Under the pieces are notes generated by a model that was given only the letters and a program-made list of their open reading frames with translations, ran no database searches and was not told the DNA's origin. From Podarcis liolepis (Eukaryota), in assembly GCA_965112155.1 (NCBI GenBank), contig OZ218106.1: a DNA stretch of 64,000 nucleotides. The stretch is one strand, 5' to 3'. This document shows positions 51,581 through 64,000 of this stretch, in pieces. The translations under genes were made by a program, and so were the position numbers. Each line of letters begins with the position of its first letter. The first letter of the stretch is position 1.

Positions 51581-53262
51581 TATTATATATGCTATTTGGG
51601 ACCTTGCTAAACTATTTATTTCTGGAGACCAGTCACTGGCACTTGTTTTCCCTTGGAGTCATATGTGGGGAAACCAAGGAAATACCTTCTTCGCGTGCTT
51701 TGCTCTCTCCCTGAAACTGATTCAGCATTCTCTGTGGCTATTCTTTCAGTGTGTGCGTGACATGGGGTAGAGAGTAAATCAGATGAATCAAGTGACTGCT
51801 TCACAGCTAGCAGAAAGTCTGCTCTTACAAATGGCCTTTCACAACCCTTCACATTCCAGCTACCAAAATTACTTTGCTGCATGTTTTACAAGAGAAATCA
51901 CTTACCAACAGGGATCTCCCTGTCACGCCATGCCAAGTTGTTGGCTATAATTTTATATAAAACATGTCCATAATAAATGTTATTACTGTGTCTATTAAAA
52001 ACTTTCCACTGGAAAAACTAATTATGAAGTGCACAACTGTTTAAAAGATTCAGTATTACATTTGCATTTACAGAAACGCCTTCTCTGTTGCCACAAGCCA
52101 GTCTAATAAATTGGCAGTCTTAGGTTCAGCTCACACTCAGCAGCTGGGTTGATGGAATAACACACAGAGAAAAAACCCTCCCTCCCTCATCATAATAAGC
52201 AGTTTGTTGGCTGGCCCAGTAGGTAGACCAATGACTACTACAGAGCATGAATTAACCTCAGTACTAGAGCCTCTTATTCCAGAACATGACTCAGGCATGC
52301 TGGAAAAATGGTAGGTGGAAATTTACTCTATTCTCATGCCCCAGTTTTGCTAAAAAGTATTTGAGCATATATCCAGTTCTATGTGAGGTCTGGCTCATAT
52401 AAATGTGTTCTCCAGTACATTTTAACTTGATATTAAATAAGCAGTTTTTGTATATAATTCATCTACCACACAAGCCTGAGGTGACAGCTGCAATGGAAGT
52501 GTATATGTGGTTCTCAGGTTCATATACAGGAACTTTACCAGACCTAAGTCTGCTTAGCTTCAACAAGGTGGTGGCTTCATGCACCTTTAGACCATACTGT
52601 GGGATGAGTCAAGTGCCTCTCCACCCTCTCACTCCCGAGGCCAACATAGCTCAGACACAACATGGAATGCCCCTAGCTTAGACATAAAAACTAACATTTG
52701 ATGGTGACACTAATAAAAACAATAATAAAGAAGTATGTTCCATGACTCCCAAAAAGTCACTGCAGGAAAACAGAGGAGCATTTATAGAAAGCAAAGCAAT
52801 TAAACTAGTAACATTTCTGAGACATTTAAATGACAGATGGCCTAATCTGTAACCTAGTTCAGTTGGATTTCAGCCCACTTAGTCCCATGGGATGTTGTTG
52901 AAGATAAATCAAACATTTTTAGTATTTTTTTTCTGGAATGAAAAAATCAACCCTGCTCAAAGTGTATACTACAAAGGGTTTCTTGAAACAACCAGCTTTT
53001 TCTTTTGATAACAAAACCAAGAAACTTTGGTGAACATTGGGAGGGAGGGGGTCATGTATAGTGACACCAAGTATCAAAACTAAGCTTGAATCTGCATTCT
53101 AATCTCCATTCAGAACTCCATTTTTGAGAATGTAAATGACATACTATGTTGCAAATCAATGGAACATTGATAAAAGTGAATGAAACAAATAATATAACCC
53201 CAAACATAGGTTAAACTGCAAACCTAGTATTCCAAAGTAGTCTTTACTGAAACCTATGGAGA

Positions 53263-53968
53263 CTTTGTTTGTTTGTATATAGCCCTTCATGTGATCACAG
53301 GATGGTTCACAACGTAAAAATACCAAATGAAAACACAAAATGCATAATAAGCAAAAACAAAACAATACCCACCCCGATAAGATTTTAAAGGCCGTAGAAT
53401 GTTAACCAGACAAAGGCCTGGTTGAAGAGAAGCATTTTTGCCTGGCATCTAAAGCTATGTAACGAAGGTGCCAGGTGATACTGGAGAGAGCATTCCACAA
53501 GTGGGAAGCCGCTGCAGGAAAGGTCCATTCCTGTGTTGCCAGCCTCTGGACCTCTCATGGGGTATTCACTCAAAGAAGGGCCTCAGATGATGATCACAAG
53601 GTCTGGTTGGTTCATATGGGGCAAGGCTGTACTTGGACTACAGACCCTTCAAGTGTCCCTATTTTCCAGGCACAGTCTCAGATTTACAGAAGCTGTCCCT
53701 GTTTCTTATTTGATACCCGAATGTCCTGCTTTTCCTTAGGACATCCCTATTTTTATTGGAGAAATGTTGGAGGGTATGGAAGTATTGTGGTCCTGAGTCA
53801 TTTAAAGATTTATTTGTCAAAACCAGCAGTTTGAATTGGGCCTGGAAACTAATTGGCAGCCAATGCAGTGAGGCCAGGATCAGCGTAAGATGCTCAAGCC
53901 ATCTTGTCTCAGTGAGCAACTGGCCGCCAAATTCTGTACCAGCTGGAGTTTCCAAACTGTCTTTCAGG
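53263..53968 (-). mobile_element. L2 LINE 3' fragment containing a short hAT-like insert (53641-53778)
   Basis: Minus strand gives HLTLILASLHWLPISFQAQFKLLVLTNKSLN (L2 ORF2 C-terminus). The insert has imperfect TIRs CAGACCCTTCAA / TTGGAGGGTATG. Confidence 0.75.
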
Positions 53969-56619
53969 TGACTTGAAGATTGTTTAACATGGTTTATTCA
54001 TACAGTTCATTATTTGGGTTTCCTAAATTTGACTATAGCTAAATACATGCCTACTGACCTCATGTCTTTTGAACAATTTCTGAATTGCTGCGGGGTATTG
54101 TAAAGATGTAGGTTGAAAGATGGGCACATTCTTTCCACTGAGAACATCGGATAATCACATAACAATGAGGGTCTTGCTGTGATCCCTGTAATCACTACTC
54201 TACCATAATAGTAATGTGGTTCTACTTACCACATTATTGCATCAATGTAAATGTCATGTAAACATATAAGGCTAATGTGCTTTCGTGATTATGCATCTGG
54301 AAATAGTCCACTAGTAGTCCTTGTCTCCTTGTTTCCTTCTTCCAGTGCTATGTGTTCACTTAACATTTAGTTATAAATATAGAATGGAAGATATGGTGAT
54401 TTATGCTCTCGAAATGCCTAGATTTTTCTTGAAATCCTGCAACTTCAGTCTGAATATTAAAATCAAACACTAAATTGACTTAATTGCATTTATTGGCTAT
54501 GGTTTTTTTCAGCCTCAAAAATCCTTTGCACAGCACAGTTAATTTTTGTCTCAGCAGTGAAAATGTAACAATGGTACATCAGGTGAACAGTTCATCCGTA
54601 TTAGTATTTCCTTACCATATAACAGCCTGCATTATAGACAAGACATTTACTGAGGGGGTGGGGAGGTTAAAAAAATAATCCCTTTCCCAAACTTTCCCAG
54701 AAATTAGAATACCTTGGGATATACCAAATGTTGAGAATAGGTGCTTGAAATCCAGGGATATAATAATTTATGAGTGAGACGGCTCCATTTATATGCTTTA
54801 TCTTAGACTCAAATGAGGGTGGGGATAGAGGATTTCAGTGGAACAATAAGCTTGCTAGAATCAGCTCTATGTACTATCAAGTTCATGGTGTTTATGAAAA
54901 ATATTTCTAAAAGTGCTTCCAAATCACTGCCTTCTGCATCTCAAGAGATAGAACTGCCAACTATAGTCCAGAGAGCATGAGCTTCAGTCTGACACTCTTG
55001 AGAAAGCAAGGCAATTAGAAATGCATAAAAGGAACCATTTAGACAAGGCTCTCTGGGACACAAGCTGACCTACTGTGTAGGTGTCAAGTGAAAGTAAAAG
55101 CTGGAAGAGTTTTCTAAAGGCCTTTGTCTCTTCTGGATAAAAGCTAAAGACCTTTTGAGAATTGGCCTTTGAAATAGGTTTCCTAGAATAAGACTGAGTG
55201 CAATGGTTCATTTAAAAGCAGGCACTAAGAAATAAAACTTAAATTGGATCTAGGCGTATTAAAAGAAATAATCGTTGGTTGCAACTAGTAGGGAGATACT
55301 GAATTCTGCAAAAAGAAAAACAAATCAAATGATCAAGACACATTATATATATATTTCTGTATATATTGGTTGTAAAATTGTGTCCTTTGTCTTTTGATTG
55401 ATCTCCAAGTCCCTTGAGATTATCCTTGCAGGACATAGGCCACCGTAAGGGTTTGTGCACACATTATAGCCACCACTAGGGTCTTTAAATTGTGGCACGT
55501 GGCATGCTCCTTGTACACAGCAGATTGACATATGAGTTATATCCATTTAGAAAAAAAAAGTCATACAGAAGAACCCTTTATTTCTGAATGTGTGTGTTTA
55601 GGCTCATGGTGAAAGGTATTTTCTAAATTCCTAAGACACAGAATTACACTCAATACAGCAGGCAATCTGTTTACAATGCTACACATAAGAAAGTCATTTC
55701 CGAGTCTGATCCGATTGCTCATGACCCTTTCCATAAGAGATGATCTAGAGTTTCACTTCATTCCATACAACTATGACCAGAGGTTAAAATGTTCTGCCCA
55801 AAGGTAAGCAGGCAGTATGCTAAGGCTGACTGCATTTCGTTTCCTCCAGGGTTCAATTATTTCCCATCTTCCACTCTACCCACCTCAAGTTGGAACAAAA
55901 TTAGCTTCCCTTATGCTGGGAATGCAGAATAATATTGCTCTAGATTCTGGCTGCAATCCTACACACACTTACTTGGAAGTATGTCCTATTGAACAAAATG
56001 GTCTTACTTACTTAGGAAACATACAATGGATGGCTATCTTCCCTAGAGCTAGAAGTGTGCAGAACCATCTTCAAAGGAGGGGTTTTCTTCAGGACCACAG
56101 GAAGGGAAAGAGAATAAGGGGCTAAAAATTCCCCATGCTCACAATCTTACCCATTAAAAACAACAACGGCCCAGTGCATTAAATGCAAATTTGCATTTAA
56201 TGCCTGTGTTTGCCCCAGAGCTACATCCATTTCCTAAAGCATCATTTTCAAAAGGACGCACAGACACAAGTCATTTAACAATTCACCTAACCTGATGAGA
56301 TTTTTACCCATCCATTCCAAAATTGGGAATCTTGTATTTATAATAGATATTATAACCTAAAACACTTTGAACTAAGCCAGTCCTCATCAAACACAAGAAA
56401 GAATATTGGAAGAAAGCTAATCAGTCTTCTGCTTGAGAGTAACTTGGTCAGAAATGTGGCCTTTGAGTCATTAAGGGCCAATGTTGCTTAAAGCTTTCTG
56501 TACCAAAATGGAATTAAAATTGTGCCAATAAATTATTATCACTCAGATCTTCTGAAGAGTTGAAGAGTTTCATTTTCCAATGGAATGATTGGGATTAGAT
56601 AAGGGGTAAGGAGAGGGGG

Positions 56620-56978
56620 AGGGACGTGGGTGGCACTGTGGGTTAAACCACAGAGCCTAGGACTTGCCGATCAGAAGGTCAGCGGTTCGAATCCCCACGA
56701 CGGGATGAGCTCCCGTTGCTCGGTCCCTGCTCCTGCCAACCTAGCAGTTCGAAAGCACGTCAAAGTGCAAGTAGATAAATAGGTATTTATCTCCAGCGGG
56801 AAGGTAAACGGCGTTTCTGTGCGCTGCTCTGGTTCACCAGAAGCGACTTAGTCATGCTGGCCACATGACCTGGAAGCTGTACGCTGGCTCCCTCGGCCAA
56901 TAAAGTGAGATGAGCGCCGCAACCCCAGAGTCAGTCACGACTGGACTTAATGGTCAGGGGTCCCTTTACCTTTACCTT
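56620..56978 (+). mobile_element. Sauria SINE
   Basis: Full length, B-box GGTTCGAATCC. TSD TAAGGAGAGGGGG at 56607-56619 and 56979-56991. Confidence 0.93.
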
Positions 56979-58048
56979 TAAGGAGAGGGGGGGAGTGCTT
57001 AACACTAAGAACCCTAACAACACAGAAAACCATCTTAAATTAAGACAGACCATTTTTGCCCATCTAGCTCAGTACACTGAGTGGCAACAGCTCTCCACGA
57101 TTCAGGCAGGAGTTTCCCCCAGCCCTTAGACCTTCTGTATGCAAAGCATGTACTCTGTCATTGAGCTCCAGCCTTTCCCTGCCTGTCACCTCTTCTCTCC
57201 AAATCTGCCAAAGCACCTCCCCATCCCAACAGAATTCCAAATGTAGGTAAAGAAAGCTGTGTGTTACGGGCACTTGTTTCCATTAGATTTTTAAGCCAAC
57301 AACATGCAGCTTGATTCAACAAGGGATCAAAGGGCTTGTGTGCCTCATCTGCCAGCATAAGAGATTGCTGCCCACAGATAATATTCCCGCATCAAGCTCT
57401 CTGTGAGTTCCCACACCTAAGCCAACAATCCACAAGCACAACAGCAAATTGTCGCAATAAATCACTATTGTTTGTAGATGGTGTTTTGTTTATAAGGCAT
57501 CTCTAAAGATAGAAGTCTTCGTTAATGACCATTTAGTGCATGCATTCTTCAGGATGCCTTTTCACTATAACTACACGTGCTTACTATATGATCCACAAAT
57601 CAAAATAATTCCAAACATTACTGGTACAGCTTCTTGTTGGCTACATGCATTCAACGTAAGAAAATCTGCATAGCTAACACTGGCATACACCATGTTGAAA
57701 TAATGCCATTCTATTCCCGACCGTGTAGTGTAGTATCAAAGGCATGGGCATAATTGAAATACTGTAGTCTGTGTACTAAAGCTTCTAAATACCTCCATAT
57801 AAAATTACAGTTATGGCATGTTGACGAGCCACCTGTTGGGCTGAAGAAAAACTGTGCAACACTGTGCCCTTGTGAGGCCACCTTTCCCCGCGTGTCTTTG
57901 TGAAGCCTTTCTTGCAAAGCTCTTTTTCTATCCGAAAGTCCTGTGTTGGGAGGTGTAAAATGTCTGTAGCTTTGTGTCACAGAGGTGTGGAGCAACTCAG
58001 CGCCAGACATAGCTGCTCCTTTCCTCAGACATAACAAGATAATATAAG

Positions 58049-59140
58049 CAGTGGCGTAGGAAGGGTGGTGCGGTGGGTGTGGTCCGCCCTGGGTGTCATC
58101 ACTGAGCAGGGGTTGACAAAATGGCAAAAATATGTGGGTTTTTTATAATAAAAAATTGGGCTCATGACACTTTTTAAAAAAAATTGTATTACAGTGGTAC
58201 CTTGGGTTACATACGCTTCAGGTTACAGATGTTTCAGGTTACAGACTCCACTAGCCCAGAAATAGTACCTCAGGTTAAGAACTTTACTTCAGGATGAGAA
58301 CAGAAATCGTGCTCCGGCGGCCTGGCGGCAGCGGGAGGCCCCATTAGCTAAAGTGGTGCTTCAGGTTAAGAACAGTTTCAGGTTAAGAACGGACCTCTGG
58401 AATGAATTAAGTACTTAACCCAAGGTACCACTGTAATTAAAACGCGTTTAATAGCTTCGTCTGACAATTAACCTCAACAAGTCAACATAATACGTATTGA
58501 AACTTTTTAGTTCAGTCAACAAACTCAACGAAACGTGGATGAACTCGATGCTGTATAGTGGAGAGCGTATGGATAGGGAAAGGGGGGGGGTTTCTTTCCG
58601 CCGATTCACTGAAGTCTGTCTCTGCAGTTTGTACTCGAGCGAGACGTAAGCAACTGGTGACTCATCATCACTCAACCCGCAACCAATCCTATCCGCTGCC
58701 ATGCCTGTCAGTCACCCCACGTCATTCTGTGGAGATAGTTGTGCATTATTACTGAAGCTTATAAGTTCTGTGCTGAATTTATTTTTCTTACATTTTTTAG
58801 TTTATTGATTCATTGTGATCATCCTCTTCTCTATGATATTGAGTTTGGTAAGTAACATAAACATTATGATCATGCTATTTGTTTGTATTTGTACGTTAAG
58901 CCAAAGCTTCAAAATAGCGAAATTAAGTTAAAAATTTAATTCATAAGAAATTTCCATTGCAAAAAAAGGTTTTAAGTGCTTATGCTCAAAATGTTAAGTA
59001 AATAAACCAGAAAATAATACTTGCAAATGTAAGTATCTTGTTTTTGTAAGTATCTTGTTTTTCCTTCTTTTAATAATTTCAGTGTGGGGGTGACAAGAAA
59101 TTTTCCGTACCGGGTACCACTTGACCTTGCTATGCCACTG
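58049..59140. mobile_element. Non-autonomous hAT element (about 1.1 kb) with a nested MITE
   Basis: TIR CAGTGGCGTAG / CTATGCCACTG. The first ~75 bp resemble the start of the 30008 element. TSD decayed (5/8). Confidence 0.72.
58192..58433. mobile_element. Tc1/mariner-type MITE, copy 4, nested in the hAT element
   Basis: TA CAGTGGTACCTTGGGTTA...TAACCCAAGGTACCACTG TA. Confidence 0.9.
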
Positions 59141-59230
59141 AGGACAAGTTGCACAGCAGTCAAAGAAGGAGGAGGAGGAGAAATAGCCCCTTCCTGCATC
59201 AGCGCCACTTGCCTTTCTCACAAAGCCCTT

Positions 59231-59450
59231 GAGAGTTGGTGCGGTGTAGTGGTTAAAAGCCTGAGCGATGAGCTGGAATGCCCTACCACCATCACCCTAG
59301 CATACGGTCTTATGCAAGCGGCTGCCTCTTATAGCCTTGGCCACCATCTGTAATATGACAATAATACTACTGGCCTACTTCCAGGATTCTTGCGGAACGG
59401 CTGAGATGATGTATGTGATATGGTTTGAGCAATTAGAAATAGCACCAAAT
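59231..59450 (+). mobile_element. Ancient MIR/CORE-like SINE
   Basis: A-box GGTGTAGTGGTT and core-like CATCTGTAATATG..ATAATA..CCTACTTC.AGG.TT.TTG.G. Confidence 0.5.
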
Positions 59451-60049
59451 AATTACCAATTGTGGTTGTAACAGAGGATGAGACAGGGAAGCCTTACATG
59501 CCCTTCATAAATATAAAGATTATATCCCTTAAGAGGACCCATTAAAATCATCTTAAGATGTGAACAACTTCAGCATTCGCTAAAAGCAAAGTTCTACGCA
59601 ACAGCTCTCCTTTTTTCAGATGATGACACCATCACTTTAGGAAGCATACTAGATAGAGACTAAAAATGGGTCCAATCAACATTTTTTTTAAATCACACAG
59701 TTGACCTGCTGCTATTACTACAGCTACTACCATAACCCACAGAATGACCTGAATCTACTCACTATGGCTTAAAAGTCTTTTATATACTGCATATAAAATA
59801 TAGCAAAGTACCAAAACAACTTGGGACCTTGTTACTTGAGAGACCACTTTACTCCACTTTATTTATCAAATTATATTTTGTTGTCCCCTGTCACCTTTTC
59901 CCAAGTAGAAATATTTTGTGGGTGCTGCGGGGGAGGGGCGTATGGATTTGCAGAGAAAAAGGTGAAGTCCAGGAAAACAAGGTGGGAATCTTTATGTGCT
60001 TTGAGTATTTGAAACACACACATTTGAGGCTTTTTGTTTTTTATATATA

Positions 60050-60395
60050 TAATATTTTTTATTGAATTTTACATTTCCAAGTAAACATTTTACGAACTTT
60101 AAAATATCCAGTGACTTCCCTCCTTCTCTTTTCATGGTTCATTTTACATACCATACATCCCTGCATATTTTACTATAGCCATTCAAATCAGTTTTCCACT
60201 TTTACATCAAAAATTATTTACTCTGTTGAATTTATATTAATGCTGCCAGCCTTTTCAGCTGTATACAGTCATTTCCCAGATATTCAATAAAAGTTTTCCA
60301 GTCTTCTCTAAATGTGTGTTCTTCTTGATCTCTTATTCTATATGTTAAGTCTGCAAGTTCTGCATATTCCGTCAACTTAAGTTGCCAATCTTCTG
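60050..60395 (-). mobile_element. L1/Tx1-type LINE 3' fragment
   Basis: Minus strand gives EDWQLKLTEYAELADLTYRIRDQEEHTFREDWKTFIEYL (L1-clade ORF2 end), then AATAAA and an A-rich tail. Confidence 0.7.
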
Positions 60396-60849
60396 GTTTT
60401 TGAGGGCATCTGAGGCTTTTTGAGTGTTTGCTTAGAATACTCAAAAATCCCTGAACAGTTTAAGGGTGGGTGGAAGGGTGATTGCCCATCCTCAACTAGA
60501 AGACTATATTAATTGTGCTCATTCAAACTTTTGAATTTCTATCAAGGCTTCCACTTACAAGCAAGGAAGGTAAAGGTATGTTTTCATTCAGTATTGGCTG
60601 GCAACCCATTTCATATAAACCAGTAGCTGTTGGAAAGCACCCCTGTTTAATATCTGGTGACCTCGGAGAGAGCTGCACTGATTAAATATATAAGTGTCAG
60701 GGCCTATATTCTAGCACCAGTGGAAAGTATATTGTGATTATGATTGGCAATCCGGCTAATAAACAAACTCAAATCTAGATAAGACAGAGTTACTTTGCAG
60801 ATGGTTCATCTACCTAGTTATGTGTGTTCAACTTGTTTAGGATACTTTT

Positions 60850-60977
60850 GCACAACTCCTGAAGCAGCAGGTTAGTAATTTGTGGTACTCCTGGAACCAG
60901 TATTGTTACCTGAGGCACAACTCCTGAAGCAGCAGGTTAGTAATTTGTGGTACTCCTGGAGCCAGTATTGTTACCTG
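60850..60977. repeat. 63-bp tandem duplication
   Basis: 60850-60912 and 60915-60977 differ at one base, with a 2-bp AG spacer. Confidence 0.95.
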
Positions 60978-61034
60978 GTCTTGATGGCATGGGATGTCTT
61001 TTATCAGCTTCAGCATATACAACAAAATATGACG

Positions 61035-61500
61035 CTATCGCAGTTGGATAACTAATGTGTTATATGTGGGGCTGCTTTTGAAAATGGCTCAGAAACTCTA
61101 GCTGGCCCACAACAAAGCAGTGAGGACATTAATGGGGCTGGCAGATACAAGCACAACACCCCAACACTTCATCAATTGCGCTGGATTCCAACTCACTTCC
61201 TGGTCCATGTATAGTGTTAGAACAGACCTTATACTAAATGTTGTGAGTGTAGGTTTCTGAAAGGATCACTTCCTCCATTATATACCTTAAAATCTTTTTC
61301 TTTTTCTTTTAAAAAAGCCAGGCAGTGCCCATGGGTCTCAAACCGCTGGAAGCGATCGGGAGATCCAACCAATGTGTTGGTCAATGGAACTGCTGGGCTA
61401 AGCTGGCTCGCCTTAAAATCTTTATCAGAGGCAGTTCTCTAGAATCCTCCAGCTAAAGGGGTGTGGTGGGTAGCCGCTACACTGGTAGCACTCCAGCTAT
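61035..61500 (+). mobile_element. Degenerate L2 LINE fragment, host of the vault-RNA-like insertion
   Basis: NVLYVGLLLKMAQKL*LAHNKAVR..HNTPTLHQLRWIP (L2 ORF2 C-terminus). Confidence 0.65.
61298..61410 (-). pseudogene. Vault RNA-like processed (retroposed) copy
   Basis: Minus strand GAGCCAGCTTAGCCCAGCAGTTCCATTGAC...GGTTTGAGACCCATGGGCACTGCCTGGCTTTTTT matches the vtRNA end motifs (TTAGCTCAGCGGTTACTTCGAC; GTTCGAGACCCGCGGGCGCT). GCCAG/CTGGC terminal stem, A-rich tail at 61298-61310, 13-bp TSD CCTTAAAATCTTT at 61285-61297 and 61411-61423. Confidence 0.8.
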
Positions 61501-61797
61501 GGATAATAATAAAATAAGTCATTTATATGCTGCTCATCTGACTGGGTTGCCCCAGCCACTCTGGGTGGCATCCCAGTTGGGTAGCATCCCGGATGAGCAT
61601 GCTCTGCAACTATGTTAGAACATCATATACCACCAAAGTTGTGACAACTCCTAACAGGATGGTGAAAACCACAGAGTTGGAATCAATTTGCCAAGTGGGA
61701 AAATTCCAACCCGGTCCCAAATATGGTGACCAACAAATGTCAACCATGCAGGGAGAGAGGGTAGGAGATCCGGTGAAGAAGGGGCTTGAAAAGGTAG

Positions 61798-61800
<3 letters not shown>

Positions 61801-61836
<36 letters not shown>
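61801..61836. repeat. (AC)n microsatellite
   Basis: Uninterrupted AC run. Confidence 0.95.
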
Positions 61837-61838
<2 letters not shown>

Positions 61839-64000
61839 TATATTCAGGACACAGACCCAAGTAAAACCTTCAGGTCCAGTTGGGCCTGCCCATCAGGAGT
61901 GGCCCGCTCCCATGCCCACTTGTGACTGCCCATTTGTGCGATTCGGCTGAATCCACCCCACAGGCAGCAAGCTCGGCCCAGGGCTTTTGTGATATGGCTC
62001 AAAGGGGGCATCTGTTGTTGGACCAACCCACAATGGCACCCATCTATGAGGGTGAGACATATTTTGGTACCAGATAAAGACCTTCGTATTCTACCAGGTC
62101 TTTTAAAATTATGCTTCAGTGTATCACAGTCTTTGGAACAATTTTTAACTAACTTGATGCTTCTCTTAAAGTGATTTTATGCTGCTTGCTTTGATTTGAT
62201 ACAAATATTTGTAGTGATACTATTATTTTACTCCATTTGAATGATTTTTTTTAAGGTGAACTTCCCAGAAGAATATTAATGCCATACACAAATGAGGCAT
62301 GAAGGTTTTTATAAAATTCTGCTCCTCAGTCCAAAAGCACAGACATGTAAAAGTGACAGGGAACAGTTGGTTCCTTGATGGCGGTTTCAAAATATGTTGT
62401 TTATGATTCTGCAGCAGCATAAATTAACTGGAGTCTTAAGGGGGAAAATAAAGTTCTTTGTGGCATGGGTGATGGGGTCACTCTAGGCATTCAGATTTGC
62501 AAAGCAATGCAAAAATAGGGGCATGTTTTTAAAAGCTATTTTTTTCCTACTAAGCAGACAGAAAATCTTGCTCAGACTAAGCATGTTTGGAACTGATAGC
62601 TTCTGAGCCATGACTACCCAGTAAAACACAGAAGTAGTTCATTGGCTGGTTCAGACATAACGTGAAATCATGACTTGTTCAGCTGAGCTATGGTTTGATT
62701 AAATGTCAAAGCTACAGTCTTTCCACAATCTATTGTTTGGTTGGAACCCACAAACCAAGATCTAAGTCCTCTGTGGTTCATTTACAGCCACAATTTGTGC
62801 AAACTATGGTTTGCTGTTATGGCTGAATCAACATATCACTGACAAACAACAGTTAGGGCTAGTCTTCTTTTCCTCAACACCATGGAGATGGGAGTTGTCT
62901 AGCCTGAACTCCATTGCTTCTTAGCAATGGAGATGGGTTTGAAGGTATTAAAGTGACTGATCAGCAGATGGAAAGCAAAAGCAGGCAAACTATTATCTGT
63001 CTGCTGAGATCTTTATCAGCCTATTGTATACAGCCAAATTATGGCTGTAACGATCTGTGATTTCCCCCTGTGTCTAAGCCCAGCCAGACACTCTTGCTTT
63101 ACATCTGTACTCAGTCACATACACTCTGAATGGCCCTGGAGTAGCCACTCACAGCCTCCGTTCCCTTCTGTATTATTGGGATGGTACTGACATATCGGCT
63201 AATATTGAGAATGAAAACTTCATTTTATGTGCACACCAATAGGGTTTTAATTAATGAAAAATTATGCTTTTTATTTACTTTGAATATGAAATCTAATTAT
63301 CTCTTTACTAAACACATCAATCTCTTTGCAGCATCTTTTATTTTTAATTTTTTTTAATTGCTTTGCTGTATTCACAGGACTGAGAACTGAATTAATTACT
63401 TAATTAGCACTAGATTTATTAGGTTTTGCTTTATCAGAACTGATTCACCAAATGGCAATTCAGATTAAATATGAATGTGCGATGTCTGAACCTTAAAAAC
63501 AAAATAAAAACAACTCTACATAATTGTGCGTAAATATCAATTCCTGTGAATTTATTTTTGCTATCTACAAAAAATAAAAAATATGCAAGTTATGGTAATC
63601 ATTCTGATGAATTGTCTTAAATTGTTATTTTTGGACTTTGGCAATTCCTGACTCCACCCTAAAGTTCCGTTCATCTGCACATTTCTTATATTTACCAAAA
63701 GAGCCGGCTGTTGTTAATTCAATGACAACCGGCACAGTGAGCCAGTAGTCAAGCAGAGGTGGATATGTGACCCATTTATTGACCTGAATGACTGCCCATG
63801 AATTAGTGTGCTGACCTCTAAATGAGTGGGGAGAACACTTTAACATGGTCATTATGATTAATAGTTTTCCCAGACAATCCCAGACAATTCATATTTTTCC
63901 AGAGTAGGCGTAGAGGCAAGGAGGAAATTAAGCAAGTATTCCTATACACATTTTTCCAATGTTTTCCTCATCATGGGCAAGTTAAATTGCACTTAGCTCC

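Noticed and set aside
60850-60977. Direct repeats as a CRISPR-like array
   Set aside because: Eukaryotic context, only two units and no spacers.
62644-63086. Degenerate inverted repeats (GGCTGGTTCAGACATAAC..)
   Set aside because: Probably an old palindromic DNA transposon, but boundaries and TSD could not be defined.

Overview
Repeat-rich vertebrate genomic DNA, apparently intronic or intergenic. It is from a squamate reptile, probably a lacertid-type lizard, inferred from Sauria SINEs, BovB, CR1, L2 and hAT/Tc1 MITEs. No host protein-coding exon could be supported. The dominant feature is a very young Ty3/Gypsy chromovirus (Sushi/PEG10-like) at 6298-11816 (-) with a 5-bp TSD (CCATC). It has an intact pol (PR-RT-RH-IN-chromodomain) and a PEG10-type GGGAAAC -1 frameshift followed by a predicted pseudoknot. 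Its 5' LTR is truncated and fused directly into gag. Its pol frame runs about 209 codons into the 3' LTR. An unrelated solo LTR at 38871-39358 encodes a similar acidic-then-basic peptide in the same register, with shared PSPK[A/T]RR and SxCxRG motifs. This suggests a conserved LTR-encoded integrase tail. A second notable feature is a ~100-nt vault-RNA-like retrocopy at 61298-61410 (-) with an A-rich tail and a 13-bp TSD. The rest is SINEs, LINE 3' fragments, MITEs (several nested), another solo LTR and microsatellites.
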